Shown: positions 9,102 through 17,693 of the stretch, piece after piece | Position numbering within the stretch: position 1 is the stretch's first letter | How the letters are laid out: every line of letters starts with the position of its first letter | Origin: Dehalococcoidia bacterium | Lineage (GTDB): Bacteria; Chloroflexota; Dehalococcoidia; Lucifugimonadales; Lucifugimonadaceae | Direction: 5' to 3' | DNA: 64,000 nucleotides | Assembly: GCA_040878005.1 (NCBI GenBank) | Contig: JBBDMW010000023.1 | Span: forward strand, 45,376-109,375 | Notes under the pieces: generated by a model | What the model was told of the DNA's origin: nothing | Database searches by the model: none | What the model saw: only the letters and a program-made list of their open reading frames with translations | Translations under genes and position numbers: made by a program

Positions 9102-10019
9102 ATGATTAAGTTCATTATTTTTCGCCTTTTTTACATGTTCCTTGTGATCGTGTTTGTCAGCGTGCTGGTTTTTGCCCTGTCTCGCATGTCCGGCGATCCG
9201 CGAGACCTGTACATGGACGATTACGCCACGCCAGCGCAGTACGAGGCGTGGGGGCGTGAGTGGGGCCTGGACAAGCCACTGTATGTTCAATACCTGGTCT
9301 GGGCGTCAAAGGCGGTCCGTGGCGACTTTGGAAGATCGATCAAGCACCGCCAACCGGCCCTTGATGTCGTGCGCGCCAGCTTTCCTGCCACTTTGCAACT
9401 GGCGTCCGCAGGCTTCCTCGTGACATTGGCTGTTGCAGTTCCACTGGGTGTGCTATCCGCAATCAACCGAGGGTCGCTGGCGGACTACGCAGGCCGGGGC
9501 ATAGCGCTGTTTGGGCAGGCTCTGCCCGCATTCTGGATTGGCATCATGCTGATCCTGGTGTTCGCTGTACAGCTCGGGTGGCTGCCGACAGGGACGAGAG
9601 GCGACTGGAAGCATTACATACTGCCCGCGATCACGCTCGGAACAGGCCCGGCAGCAGGGCTGCTCAGGATCGTCCGGTCATCAATGCTCAACGTTCTCGA
9701 CTCTGAGTACATCAAGCTTGCCCGGGCGAAGGGCGTGGGACGCAGGACGTTGATTTGGAAGCACGCCTTTCGCAACGCCCTGATTGCACCGCTGACGTTT
9801 TCCGGCCTGATCCTCGCTGGATTCATCACCGGTTCCGTTGTTACCGAAACCGTGTTCTCGTGGCCTGGCGTGGGGCGCCTGGCCGTCCTGGCAATATTCG
9901 ACAACGATTTCCCTCTGATATCCGCTGTCGTGATGTCTATTGCAGGTCTGTACGTGTTCATTTCCCTGATGGTCGACCTGACGTATGCGCTGGTTGACCC
10001 GCGAATTCGGTTCAACTGA
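9102..10019 (+). CDS. ABC transporter permease (DppB/OppB-like)
   Basis: The N-terminal 'MIKFIIFRLFYMFLVIVFVSVLVFAL' and 'DPRDLY', six predicted TM segments, and the EAA-like loop 'EYIKLARAKGVGRRTLIWKHAFRNAL' are all present. Confidence 0.9.
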   Translation: MIKFIIFRLFYMFLVIVFVSVLVFALSRMSGDPRDLYMDDYATPAQYEAWGREWGLDKPLYVQYLVWASKAVRGDFGRSIKHRQPALDVVRASFPATLQLASAGFLVTLAVAVPLGVLSAINRGSLADYAGRGIALFGQALPAFWIGIMLILVFAVQLGWLPTGTRGDWKHYILPAITLGTGPAAGLLRIVRSSMLNVLDSEYIKLARAKGVGRRTLIWKHAFRNALIAPLTFSGLILAGFITGSVVTETVFSWPGVGRLAVLAIFDNDFPLISAVVMSIAGLYVFISLMVDLTYALVDPRIRFN

Positions 10020-10020
10020 T

Positions 10021-10971
10021 ATGGCTGAGATGAGAGAAGGCCGAACTGGGGCAGCGCCGGAGGCTGTCGACTCATACGTGGAAGCCAGTGCAGGTCGCCC
10101 ACGGATACCGGGTGCCGCAACCCTGCGGCGGTCATATCGCTTTATGCGGCGGTGGCCAGTAATACCGGTGGTGATTATCGCGATGCTGGTGGTCTCCGCA
10201 GTGTTCGCGGAGATCCTGGCGCCGCATGATCCTGCGCAACTCCATCTGCGTGATCAGAATACGCCTCCTGTCTGGCTTGAAGGGGGCACGTTCACTTATG
10301 TGATGGGTACCGACGACCTGGGGCGCGACATCATGAGCCGCATCATTCATGGGGCGCGCATATCTCTAATAGTGGCAGTGGTTGTGCTCACTGCCGGCGC
10401 CATTATTGGCACCACGTTGGGCCTGGTATCCGGCTACTTCGGGCGCCTGGTGGATGAGTTCCTGATGCGTCTTGTGGACATCACCCTGGCAATTCCATTC
10501 ATTTTTGTAGCCCTAGCAGTTGTGATCGTGTTTGGCCAGAGCCTGACCATAATCATAATTATTCTGATCCTGTTCAGCTGGAATGCGTTTGCGCGGCAAG
10601 TGAGGGCAGAAACGCTCCAGTTGAAAACTCTTGACTACGTTGCGTTGAGCCGCATTTCCGGCGCATCGGCGTGGCGAATTATGTTCAAGCACATATTGCC
10701 TGGTGTCAGCAGCACGCTCCTGGTGGTGACAAGCCTGCGCGTAGGCCAGTTGATCTTGGCCGAGTCCGTGCTGAGTTTTCTTGGCGTGGGCATACCGCCG
10801 CCAACGCCTGCATGGGGTGTGATGATCGCTGACGGCAGAGACCAACTGGGAAGCGCCTGGTGGATAGCGTTCTTCCCCGGTATGGCGATCTTCCTTACTG
10901 TGCTCGCCTTCAACTTCCTTGGTGACTGGATGCGCGACCGCTTTGACCCAACTCTCAGGCAGATGGATTAG
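10021..10971 (+). CDS. ABC transporter permease (DppC/OppC-like)
   Basis: ATG lies 2 nt after the upstream stop. Contains 'GTDDLGRDIMSRIIHGARISL' and the EAA-like 'DYVALSRISGASAWRIMFKHILP'. No ATPase gene follows. Confidence 0.9.
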   Translation: MAEMREGRTGAAPEAVDSYVEASAGRPRIPGAATLRRSYRFMRRWPVIPVVIIAMLVVSAVFAEILAPHDPAQLHLRDQNTPPVWLEGGTFTYVMGTDDLGRDIMSRIIHGARISLIVAVVVLTAGAIIGTTLGLVSGYFGRLVDEFLMRLVDITLAIPFIFVALAVVIVFGQSLTIIIIILILFSWNAFARQVRAETLQLKTLDYVALSRISGASAWRIMFKHILPGVSSTLLVVTSLRVGQLILAESVLSFLGVGIPPPTPAWGVMIADGRDQLGSAWWIAFFPGMAIFLTVLAFNFLGDWMRDRFDPTLRQMD

Positions 10972-11137
10972 CAAACCTAAGGCAACCACCGCATCAGTTA
11001 TCGGACATTCCTCGCTTACTGATGTGGGTAGAGAACTGTGATGATCGCCATGAACTGTTTGGAACCTCTTGGGGTCTCCAACTGATCCTGGCAGGGGAAC
11101 AAGACGCAAACCTATTGTCGTAGACACGGAGAGTGAA

Positions 11138-12583
11138 ATGCCGCAACGCCCAAACATCTTATTTATATTCACGGACCAACAGCGCGTTGACACCATGGCG
11201 TGTTATGGCAACACTCAAATCCAGGTGCCCAAGCTAAACGAACTGGCGTCACAAAGTTTCGTAGTGGACAACGCCTATGTCAGCACCCCGATTTGTACGC
11301 CTGCACGTTCCACGATAATGACTGGAACATGGCCCCACACCAATGGCTGCACTGCGAACAATGTCCCTCTTGATGAGTCCGTGCAGACGATCGCGGATCA
11401 CCTGCCTGACGAGTACCTCAGTGCTTACTACGGCAAATGGCACCTGGGCAACGATGTCATCAAGCAGCATGGCTTCAAGCGCTGGATGAGCTATGAGGAC
11501 AACTACCGCCAGTACTACACGAAAGATGAGTACCTGTCAGTATTCAGCCCTTATAAGCAGTACCTGATTGACCAGGGGTATGAACCAGACGGCGAGGCAG
11601 AAGGTGGCACGTACTTCACCAGGCCCATGACCGCCCGGCTGCCTGAAGAGCACACCAAGGCGAACTGGATTGCCGAACGGGCCAGTGAGTTCATCCACAC
11701 CTATGCCAACCGGCCATGGGCGCTCTACATCAACATTTTCGAGCCTCACCCGCCGTACTACGGTCCATATGACGACCAGTATGACCCTGAAGACATCCCT
11801 ACTCCGCCAACGTTCCTGAAGAAGACTCCCGACAACGCGGCGAAGCTTCACAGCGTGCTTTCAGGATCTGGCCATGCGGATCTTGAGTCAGAGACCTCCG
11901 AGAGTGGTGGCGAGCGTGAGTGGAAAGAGCTCATCGCACGGTACTGGGGCCTGATGACGCTTACGGACAACGCGGTTGGGAAGATTCTCAAGGCACTGGA
12001 AGACTCGGGTAATGCAGACAACACCATCGTGGTGTTCACGAGCGAGCACGGCGACCAGATGGGCGAGCATCACCTGCTGGGAAAGGGCGTCTTCTACGAA
12101 CAGTCCTCGCGAGTCCCTCTCCTGTTCCGTGTGCCCTGGCTCAATGAACAGGAAAAGCACATACCAGGCCGGATGAGTCAGATTGACCTCGTGCCGACCA
12201 TCCTGGACCTCATTGGCGCAGATATTCCCGCTCAGCTCCAGGGTCAGAGCCGGAAGGCTGTACTTGAGGGAGTCACTGACCTTGACGACAACGACGTAAT
12301 CCTGGAATGGCATGCACGCTCAGTCGACAGGCATGGCGGCGGCGTCGACGTGGACACCATTCAACATGAACGCTACCGGACTCTCATTGGTGCGGATGGA
12401 TGGAAGGCCGTATTCACAGCCAAGAGCCAGTGCGAACTTTACAACCTCAACGAGGATCCATACGAACAGAACAACCTGTTTGACGATCCCGTGGAGCAAA
12501 GCCGTGTGAAGACCATGTTGGACAAGGTCTTGGCATGGCAGGAACGCACTGGCGATTCGGCGCCAATGCCAAGTTTGAAATAG
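11138..12583 (+). CDS. Cys-type sulfatase (arylsulfatase family), no signal peptide
   Basis: 'PNILFIFTDQQ' metal-binding N-terminus and the sulfatase signature 'CTPARSTIMTG'. The N-terminus has no hydrophobic leader. Confidence 0.9.
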   Translation: MPQRPNILFIFTDQQRVDTMACYGNTQIQVPKLNELASQSFVVDNAYVSTPICTPARSTIMTGTWPHTNGCTANNVPLDESVQTIADHLPDEYLSAYYGKWHLGNDVIKQHGFKRWMSYEDNYRQYYTKDEYLSVFSPYKQYLIDQGYEPDGEAEGGTYFTRPMTARLPEEHTKANWIAERASEFIHTYANRPWALYINIFEPHPPYYGPYDDQYDPEDIPTPPTFLKKTPDNAAKLHSVLSGSGHADLESETSESGGEREWKELIARYWGLMTLTDNAVGKILKALEDSGNADNTIVVFTSEHGDQMGEHHLLGKGVFYEQSSRVPLLFRVPWLNEQEKHIPGRMSQIDLVPTILDLIGADIPAQLQGQSRKAVLEGVTDLDDNDVILEWHARSVDRHGGGVDVDTIQHERYRTLIGADGWKAVFTAKSQCELYNLNEDPYEQNNLFDDPVEQSRVKTMLDKVLAWQERTGDSAPMPSLK

Positions 12584-12589
12584 CGGTCG

Positions 12590-12629
12590 TTGGCCTGGGC
12601 CAGACGGCTAAATCGTCTGCCCAGGCCAA
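12590..12629 (+). terminator. Stem-loop after sulfatase 1
   Basis: ttggcctgggccagacg pairs with cgtctgcccaggccaa (16 bp, one bulged C) around a 7-nt loop. It begins 7 nt after the stop and is followed by tt. Confidence 0.55.
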
Positions 12630-12745
12630 TTCCACTGGTCTGATGCGTGGTCCTCAATTTGGACCAGCAGTGCTCCATCAGGGGTTCGGATCATCCTGAT
12701 GGCCGGTAATTTTGCGAGAGCTACGAAGAACTGGGGTTTACCTGT

Positions 12746-14008
12746 ATGACGGCAAGAAGAGTCAATGACCGCCCAAACATAATTTTGATAATGGCGGATG
12801 ACTTGGGATACGAAGCCCTGGGCTGTTACGGCGGAACGTCTTATCGCACCCCGGTTCTCGATGGGATGGCCGAATCAGGGATTCGATTCGTTCATGGATA
12901 TGCCCAGCCCCTTTGTACGCCGACGCGTGTCCAGCTAATGACCGGCAAGTACAACTTCCGGAACTGGAAGGCCTTCGGCGTCATGGATCCGGATGAGAAG
13001 ACCATCGGTCATTACATGACCGATGCGGGATATAAGACCTGCATATCCGGCAAGTGGCAGCTTTATAGCTATAACCCGTCAGATTATGAGCCTGAGTGGC
13101 GCGGCAAGGGTAAGCGCCCGGAACAGGCGGGATTCGACGAGTACTGCCTGTGGCATACCGAGCACACGGAGGAAAAGGGGTCACGATATGCAGACCCCAA
13201 GGTCCAAGTGAACGGGAAGTACTTGGAAGATACGGAAGGCAAGTATGGCCCGGACATTTACGTCGATTACATAAATGACTTTATGGAGCGCAACCAGTCA
13301 GATCCGTTCTTTGTTTACTATCCAATGGCTCTGACGCATCCGCCTTACCAGCCCACTCCAGACAGTGAAGACTGGGCAGTTGACCGGCATAGAACGGATA
13401 CCAAGTACTTCAAAGACATGGTCGAGTATCACGACAAGGTGATTGGACGGATACTCAACAAGGTCGATGAACTGGGCCTGAGCGAAAACACCCTGATCAT
13501 TTACTACGGCGACAACGGCACGACCCGGAACATCACCTCGTACATGAACGGTCGCGCCGTGCAGGGTGGCAAGGGGTACTCCACCGATGCCGGAACGAGA
13601 GTGCCGTTGATAGTTAAGTGGGCCGGGGTCAGTCCCAAGGGGGTGGTACTGGAAGACCTGGTTGATGCCAGCGACTTCCTGCCGACGATCCTTGAGGCGG
13701 CGGGAGCGCCTCTACCAAAGGATGAGGTGATAGACGGCCGTTCCTTTCTGCCACAGATCAGGGGCGAAAAGGGATGTCCGCGGGAATGGGTGTTCTTCCA
13801 CCATGACCCTCTACCGGGCCACGGCAAAGACGGGTATCACTTGCAGCGGTGGGCGCAGGACAAGCGCTGGAAGCTGTATGACGATGGCCGTTTCTACGAT
13901 GTGGTCAATGATGTGCTTGAAGAGAATCCGCTTTCCGCAAGCCAGGGAGGACCTGAGGCTGACGCGGCTCGAGTACGCCTGCAAAAGATCCTACACGAGA
14001 TGAAGTAG
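12746..14008 (+). CDS. Cys-type sulfatase, no signal peptide (paralogue A)
   Basis: 'RPNIILIMADDLGYEALGCYGG' and the signature 'CTPTRVQLMTG'. Collinear with the next gene. Confidence 0.9.
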   Translation: MTARRVNDRPNIILIMADDLGYEALGCYGGTSYRTPVLDGMAESGIRFVHGYAQPLCTPTRVQLMTGKYNFRNWKAFGVMDPDEKTIGHYMTDAGYKTCISGKWQLYSYNPSDYEPEWRGKGKRPEQAGFDEYCLWHTEHTEEKGSRYADPKVQVNGKYLEDTEGKYGPDIYVDYINDFMERNQSDPFFVYYPMALTHPPYQPTPDSEDWAVDRHRTDTKYFKDMVEYHDKVIGRILNKVDELGLSENTLIIYYGDNGTTRNITSYMNGRAVQGGKGYSTDAGTRVPLIVKWAGVSPKGVVLEDLVDASDFLPTILEAAGAPLPKDEVIDGRSFLPQIRGEKGCPREWVFFHHDPLPGHGKDGYHLQRWAQDKRWKLYDDGRFYDVVNDVLEENPLSASQGGPEADAARVRLQKILHEMK

Positions 14009-14143
14009 GCGGCCCTCCCGAGAGATTGGAGAGCGTATGAACATGTCCACTCAAAGACGATTCAAGTAGCCGGGAGTCATCGAGAACCGCAAGAACCGCC
14101 CTGGAAACCATCGGATAGTCTAACCAACAAGAGGTACTCAGCC

Positions 14144-15481
14144 TTGGCAAAGAAAAACCGGCGACCAAACATCATATTGATCATGTCCGATGACCTGCAG
14201 TATGAGGCACTCAGCTGCAACGGGGGAACCGCCTACAGGACACCCGAGTTAGACCGGCTCGCTGAAACCGGCATGCGGTTCGAGAATGCACACGTTATGC
14301 CCCTGTGCACCCCGACCAGGGTGTCGCTTATGACCGGCAAGTACAACTTCCGCAACTACATAGGATTTGGGCTTATGAGGCCGGATGAGGTGACCTTTGG
14401 ACACCTGATGAGCGATGCCGGATACAAGACCTGTATCTCAGGCAAGTGGCAACTCTATTCTTACAACCCTCCGGAGGAGATGCCAGAGATGCGCTCCAAA
14501 GGGCAGCGAATAGAAGATGCCGGATTCGAGGAGTTCTGCGTCTGGCATCCACACCACACTGAAGAGAAGGGCTCCCGGTACAAAGACCCGATCATTTTCG
14601 AGAACGGCAATTTCCGGGAAGACACCAAAGGCAAGTACGGCGAAGACATTTTCTGTGACTACATTTGCGACTTTGTGGAGCGCAACCAGGATGAGGAGTT
14701 CTTCGTCTACTGGCCAATGCCATTGACGCACCGGCCGTTCGAGCCGACGCCAGATAGCCCGGATTATGCAGAGTTTGATCCTCCCTCAAACCAGACGCTT
14801 GGCGCTGGAACATGGGCGGAACTTGAAGGCTGGCCTGACGACCCCGAATACTACAAGGACATGGTCGAGTACCACGACAAGGTGATCGGCCGGCTGATGG
14901 GCAAGTTGGATGAACTGGGGCTGCGTGAGGACACTCTGGTGATCTACCTGGGCGATAACGGCTCGCCGCGCGAAGTCTGTACGCTCCAGCACAATCATCG
15001 CCAGCTCTGTGGCGGAAAAGGCTTGACCAATGACAGGGGCACCCATGTGCCTCTAATCTGCAACTGGCCCGGCACGATACCGTCTGCGGTCGTACAGACT
15101 GACCTAATCGACAACTGCGACTACCTGCCGACTATTTTGGAGGCAGCAGCATCGCAGGTGCCGGATGGGTACGTCATCGACGGCCAATCATTCCTGCCGC
15201 AGTTGCGGGGCGAGCCTGGCAACTCGAGGGACTGGATATTCTTCCACTTCGACCCGAGGGGAAGAAACCCCATGCCTCCGCGCCGGTTCCTGCGTGACCA
15301 ACGGTGGAAGCTGTATGAAGATGGACGACTCTTCGACCTGGATGTGGACCAGGAAGAGGAATCTCCCATTCTTCGTGAAAGTGACACATCGGAACAGGCT
15401 GCAGCCCGAGCGAAATTGGAACCGGTTTTTGCCCGGATGGCTCCAGACCAGGAGCCTGTTCTTCAGAACACCTCGCGATAA
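14144..15481 (+). CDS. Cys-type sulfatase, no signal peptide (paralogue B)
   Basis: TTG start. 'RPNIILIMSDDLQYEALSCNGG' and the signature 'CTPTRVSLMTG'. Shares long identical runs with paralogue A ('LMTGKYNFRN', 'DAGYKTCISGKWQLYSYNP', 'HTEEKGSRY', 'YKDMVEYHDKVIGR'). Confidence 0.9.
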   Translation: MAKKNRRPNIILIMSDDLQYEALSCNGGTAYRTPELDRLAETGMRFENAHVMPLCTPTRVSLMTGKYNFRNYIGFGLMRPDEVTFGHLMSDAGYKTCISGKWQLYSYNPPEEMPEMRSKGQRIEDAGFEEFCVWHPHHTEEKGSRYKDPIIFENGNFREDTKGKYGEDIFCDYICDFVERNQDEEFFVYWPMPLTHRPFEPTPDSPDYAEFDPPSNQTLGAGTWAELEGWPDDPEYYKDMVEYHDKVIGRLMGKLDELGLREDTLVIYLGDNGSPREVCTLQHNHRQLCGGKGLTNDRGTHVPLICNWPGTIPSAVVQTDLIDNCDYLPTILEAAASQVPDGYVIDGQSFLPQLRGEPGNSRDWIFFHFDPRGRNPMPPRRFLRDQRWKLYEDGRLFDLDVDQEEESPILRESDTSEQAAARAKLEPVFARMAPDQEPVLQNTSR

Positions 15482-15485
15482 GGCG

Positions 15486-15519
15486 GTGAGCCGCCGTGCA
15501 CACGCGCGGCGGCTCACCC
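15486..15519 (+). terminator. Stem-loop after sulfatase 3
   Basis: Perfect 12-bp stem: ggtgagccgccg (15486-15497) pairs with cggcggctcacc (15508-15519). It begins 5 nt after the stop. Confidence 0.55.
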
Positions 15520-15635
15520 GGGTTCGAGTGCTTTGTGCCTTTTGCGCGACGATGGTCATATAAGGTGCCGAGATCTTTCACGTTTGGTTTTGCCGGAGGC
15601 TTGGGGGAGATCGGCAACAGACCATCCATACGCTT

Positions 15636-16616
15636 ATGAAACAAGATACTTCCAATCTGGAAACCGGTTGCTGCGCTCCTTCCCGAGTGCCAGCACATCT
15701 TTCGTCGACGCATGATCCAGGACATGAGACGAAGCGTGACCCAATTCAACCACAGGTCCAGCGCGACGGCATGATCCTGCTGGAAGGTGGCACGTTCCTC
15801 ATGGGCACCGATGTGCGTGACGGCTTCCCGGCAGATGGCGAGGGGCCGGTCAGGGAGATCATACTCAGGCCGTTCCGCATCGATGCCACAACCGTCACAA
15901 ACGAACAGTTCGCACAGTTCGTCGCCGACACCAGCTACGTCACAGAAGCAGAAAGGTTCGGATGGTCGTTCGTCTTCCACCACTTCGTGGCGCCTGATGT
16001 GGCAGAGAAGGTCTCGCAGGCAGTGGCGGGAGCACAGTGGTGGTGGCAGGTCCCCGGCTCAGACTGGCGCAGGCCCGACGGTCCAGGCTCGAGCTTCGAG
16101 GACCGCATGGACCATCCGGTCACGCACGTCTCGTGGAACGATGCCTACGCCTACGCCAGGTGGGCCGGGAAGCGGCTGCCCACAGAGGCTGAATGGGAGT
16201 TCGCAGCACGCGGCGGACTCGAGCAGAACGTGTACGCCTGGGGCAACGAGCTGATGCCGGGCGGGGAGCACCGCTGCAACATATGGCAGGGCACATTCCC
16301 GAGGGTGAACACGGCAGAGGACGGCTTTGCGGGCACTGCGCCTGCACGCTGGTTCAGGCCGAACGGGTACGGTCTGTACAACACTGCCGGGAACGTGTGG
16401 GAGTGGTGCTCAGACTGGTTCAGCCCGTCCTTCCACATCACCGGTCCTCGTGAAGACCCGGCGGGTCCGCCATCAGGTCAGGCGAAGGTCATGAAGGGCG
16501 GCTCGTACCTGTGTCACAACTCGTACTGCAACCGCTACCGGGTCGCAGCCCGAAGCCAGTCCACTCCCGACAGCTCAACAGGCAACGTGGGGTTCAGATT
16601 GGCGATGGATGATTAG
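15636..16616 (+). CDS. Formylglycine-generating enzyme (FGE/SUMF1 family)
   Basis: 'HPVTHVSWNDAYAYARWAGKRLPTEAEWEFAARGG', 'GNVWEWCSDWF', 'KGGSYLCHNSYCNRYRVAARS' (the two active-site Cys) and 'GNVGFRLAMDD'. The start is uncertain: ATG 15636 or Met46 at 15771. Third-codon-position GC content (GC3) looks lower in 15636-15770 by eye. Confidence 0.9.
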   Translation: MKQDTSNLETGCCAPSRVPAHLSSTHDPGHETKRDPIQPQVQRDGMILLEGGTFLMGTDVRDGFPADGEGPVREIILRPFRIDATTVTNEQFAQFVADTSYVTEAERFGWSFVFHHFVAPDVAEKVSQAVAGAQWWWQVPGSDWRRPDGPGSSFEDRMDHPVTHVSWNDAYAYARWAGKRLPTEAEWEFAARGGLEQNVYAWGNELMPGGEHRCNIWQGTFPRVNTAEDGFAGTAPARWFRPNGYGLYNTAGNVWEWCSDWFSPSFHITGPREDPAGPPSGQAKVMKGGSYLCHNSYCNRYRVAARSQSTPDSSTGNVGFRLAMDD

Positions 16617-16780
16617 CCGATTGAGTGTTTGGACACCACTCTTGGTGGGCCTAGGGTTTCGGCAGCATCATGATTCGTAGCGAGCCGGCGACTTCGAAAC
16701 TCAGGCATGAACCCACGCTGATTAACCGCACCCAGAGCGTCCAAGATGGCCAACGCAGAGGCGCATAACGCTATACAGGT

Positions 16781-16807
16781 CCACCTGAGCGATCCCAGCT
16801 CAGGTGG
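16781..16807. terminator. Hairpin downstream of the tRNA-Ala 3' end
   Basis: Perfect 10-bp stem: ccacctgagc (16781-16790) pairs with gctcaggtgg (16798-16807), with a 7-nt loop. No clear U-tract on either strand. Confidence 0.4.
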
Positions 16808-16832
16808 GGCCTGTACTTGGAACGATCATATA

Positions 16833-16908
16833 TGGTGGAGCTGGAGGGATTCGAACCCTCTACCTCTTCAATGCCATTGAAGCGCTCTCCCAATTGAGCT
16901 ACAGCCCC
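16833..16908 (-). tRNA. tRNA-Ala (anticodon GGC), CCA encoded
   Basis: The reverse complement reads GGGGCTG-TA-GCTC-AATTGGGA-GAGC-G-CTTCA-ATGGCAT-TGAAG-AGGTA-GAGGG-TTCGAAT-CCCTC-CAGCTCC-A-CCA. This is a full cloverleaf with a G3:U70 alanine identity pair and anticodon GGC. Confidence 0.95.
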
Positions 16909-17123
16909 ATGTGCTTCCGACGGGCCTGGCTGCGAGGAGCACCGGCGATTCTAGCCGGGCGTTCATACTCGCGGTCCAAAGCCCACTAATCTGAAATCGT
17001 ACCACGACTCTAGCTGAGAATCACATTGGCTGAGGAAGCTGGTCAGCCTGCCCTGGCGATCATTGTTGCTGCGGCCCCACCATTAATTGCCAGCCGGGTT
17101 TCAGGGAAGCTCGGAATCACCGT

Positions 17124-17537
17124 CTATGAATCGTCAAGCTGAGTTGTGGGCTCGCCGGTGCATTCCACCCACACTACGACGCTCATGTCAGACGTGTCTC
17201 CCGGTTGCTCCAGGTGAGCAATGCCCAGTCGCACTGGCTGGCCGCTGGATAGCGGCATTACGCATGTGGGCATCGTGTTCATCCATGGTCCTTCTTCAGC
17301 CTTCCATTGGACGCCGCTGAGGTTGTGCTCCTCGCCTTCGCCGCCACGGTCTTCGGCGAAGCCCATGACCGTTCCATCCTGGTTGACGATGGTGGTGTAA
17401 CCGCTGAGAACTTCGAAATCAGCACGGCTGTTGTCAGGCCACAGCGCCCAAATAAGCAACGCGATTAGAACAACTAGGCCAACGACTATTGCTGCGGACA
17501 GGGCTGCTATCGTCCTGGCATTCATGTTCGTGTTCAC
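17124..17537 (-). CDS. Small membrane-anchored hypothetical protein
   Basis: One N-terminal TM segment, 'IAALSAAIVVGLVVLIALLIWALW', followed by a roughly 100-aa soluble domain. Start is GTG 17537 (GGAGG 7 nt upstream) or ATG 17525. Confidence 0.5.
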   Translation of the reverse strand: MNTNMNARTIAALSAAIVVGLVVLIALLIWALWPDNSRADFEVLSGYTTIVNQDGTVMGFAEDRGGEGEEHNLSGVQWKAEEGPWMNTMPTCVMPLSSGQPVRLGIAHLEQPGDTSDMSVVVWVECTGEPTTQLDDS

Positions 17538-17693
17538 GCATTCCCCTCCAACCCGGGAGAACCATGTTCTCCGCATCCACCAGACGCCCCATCCTGCTTA
17601 TTAAAGCAGCAAGAATCACTGGGGGCCGTTCATGAACGGCCATGTCGCGGAAGTGCGACTGCACCGTTACGCAGGAGGCGAAGGTTGCTCGCG

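Noticed and set aside
7086-16908. The sulfatase/ABC island lies on the 3' side of tRNA-Ala, so it could be a tRNA-integrated genomic island.
   Set aside because: There is no integrase or recombinase, I could find no direct repeat of the tRNA 3' end elsewhere in the window, and composition looks similar to the flanks by eye.
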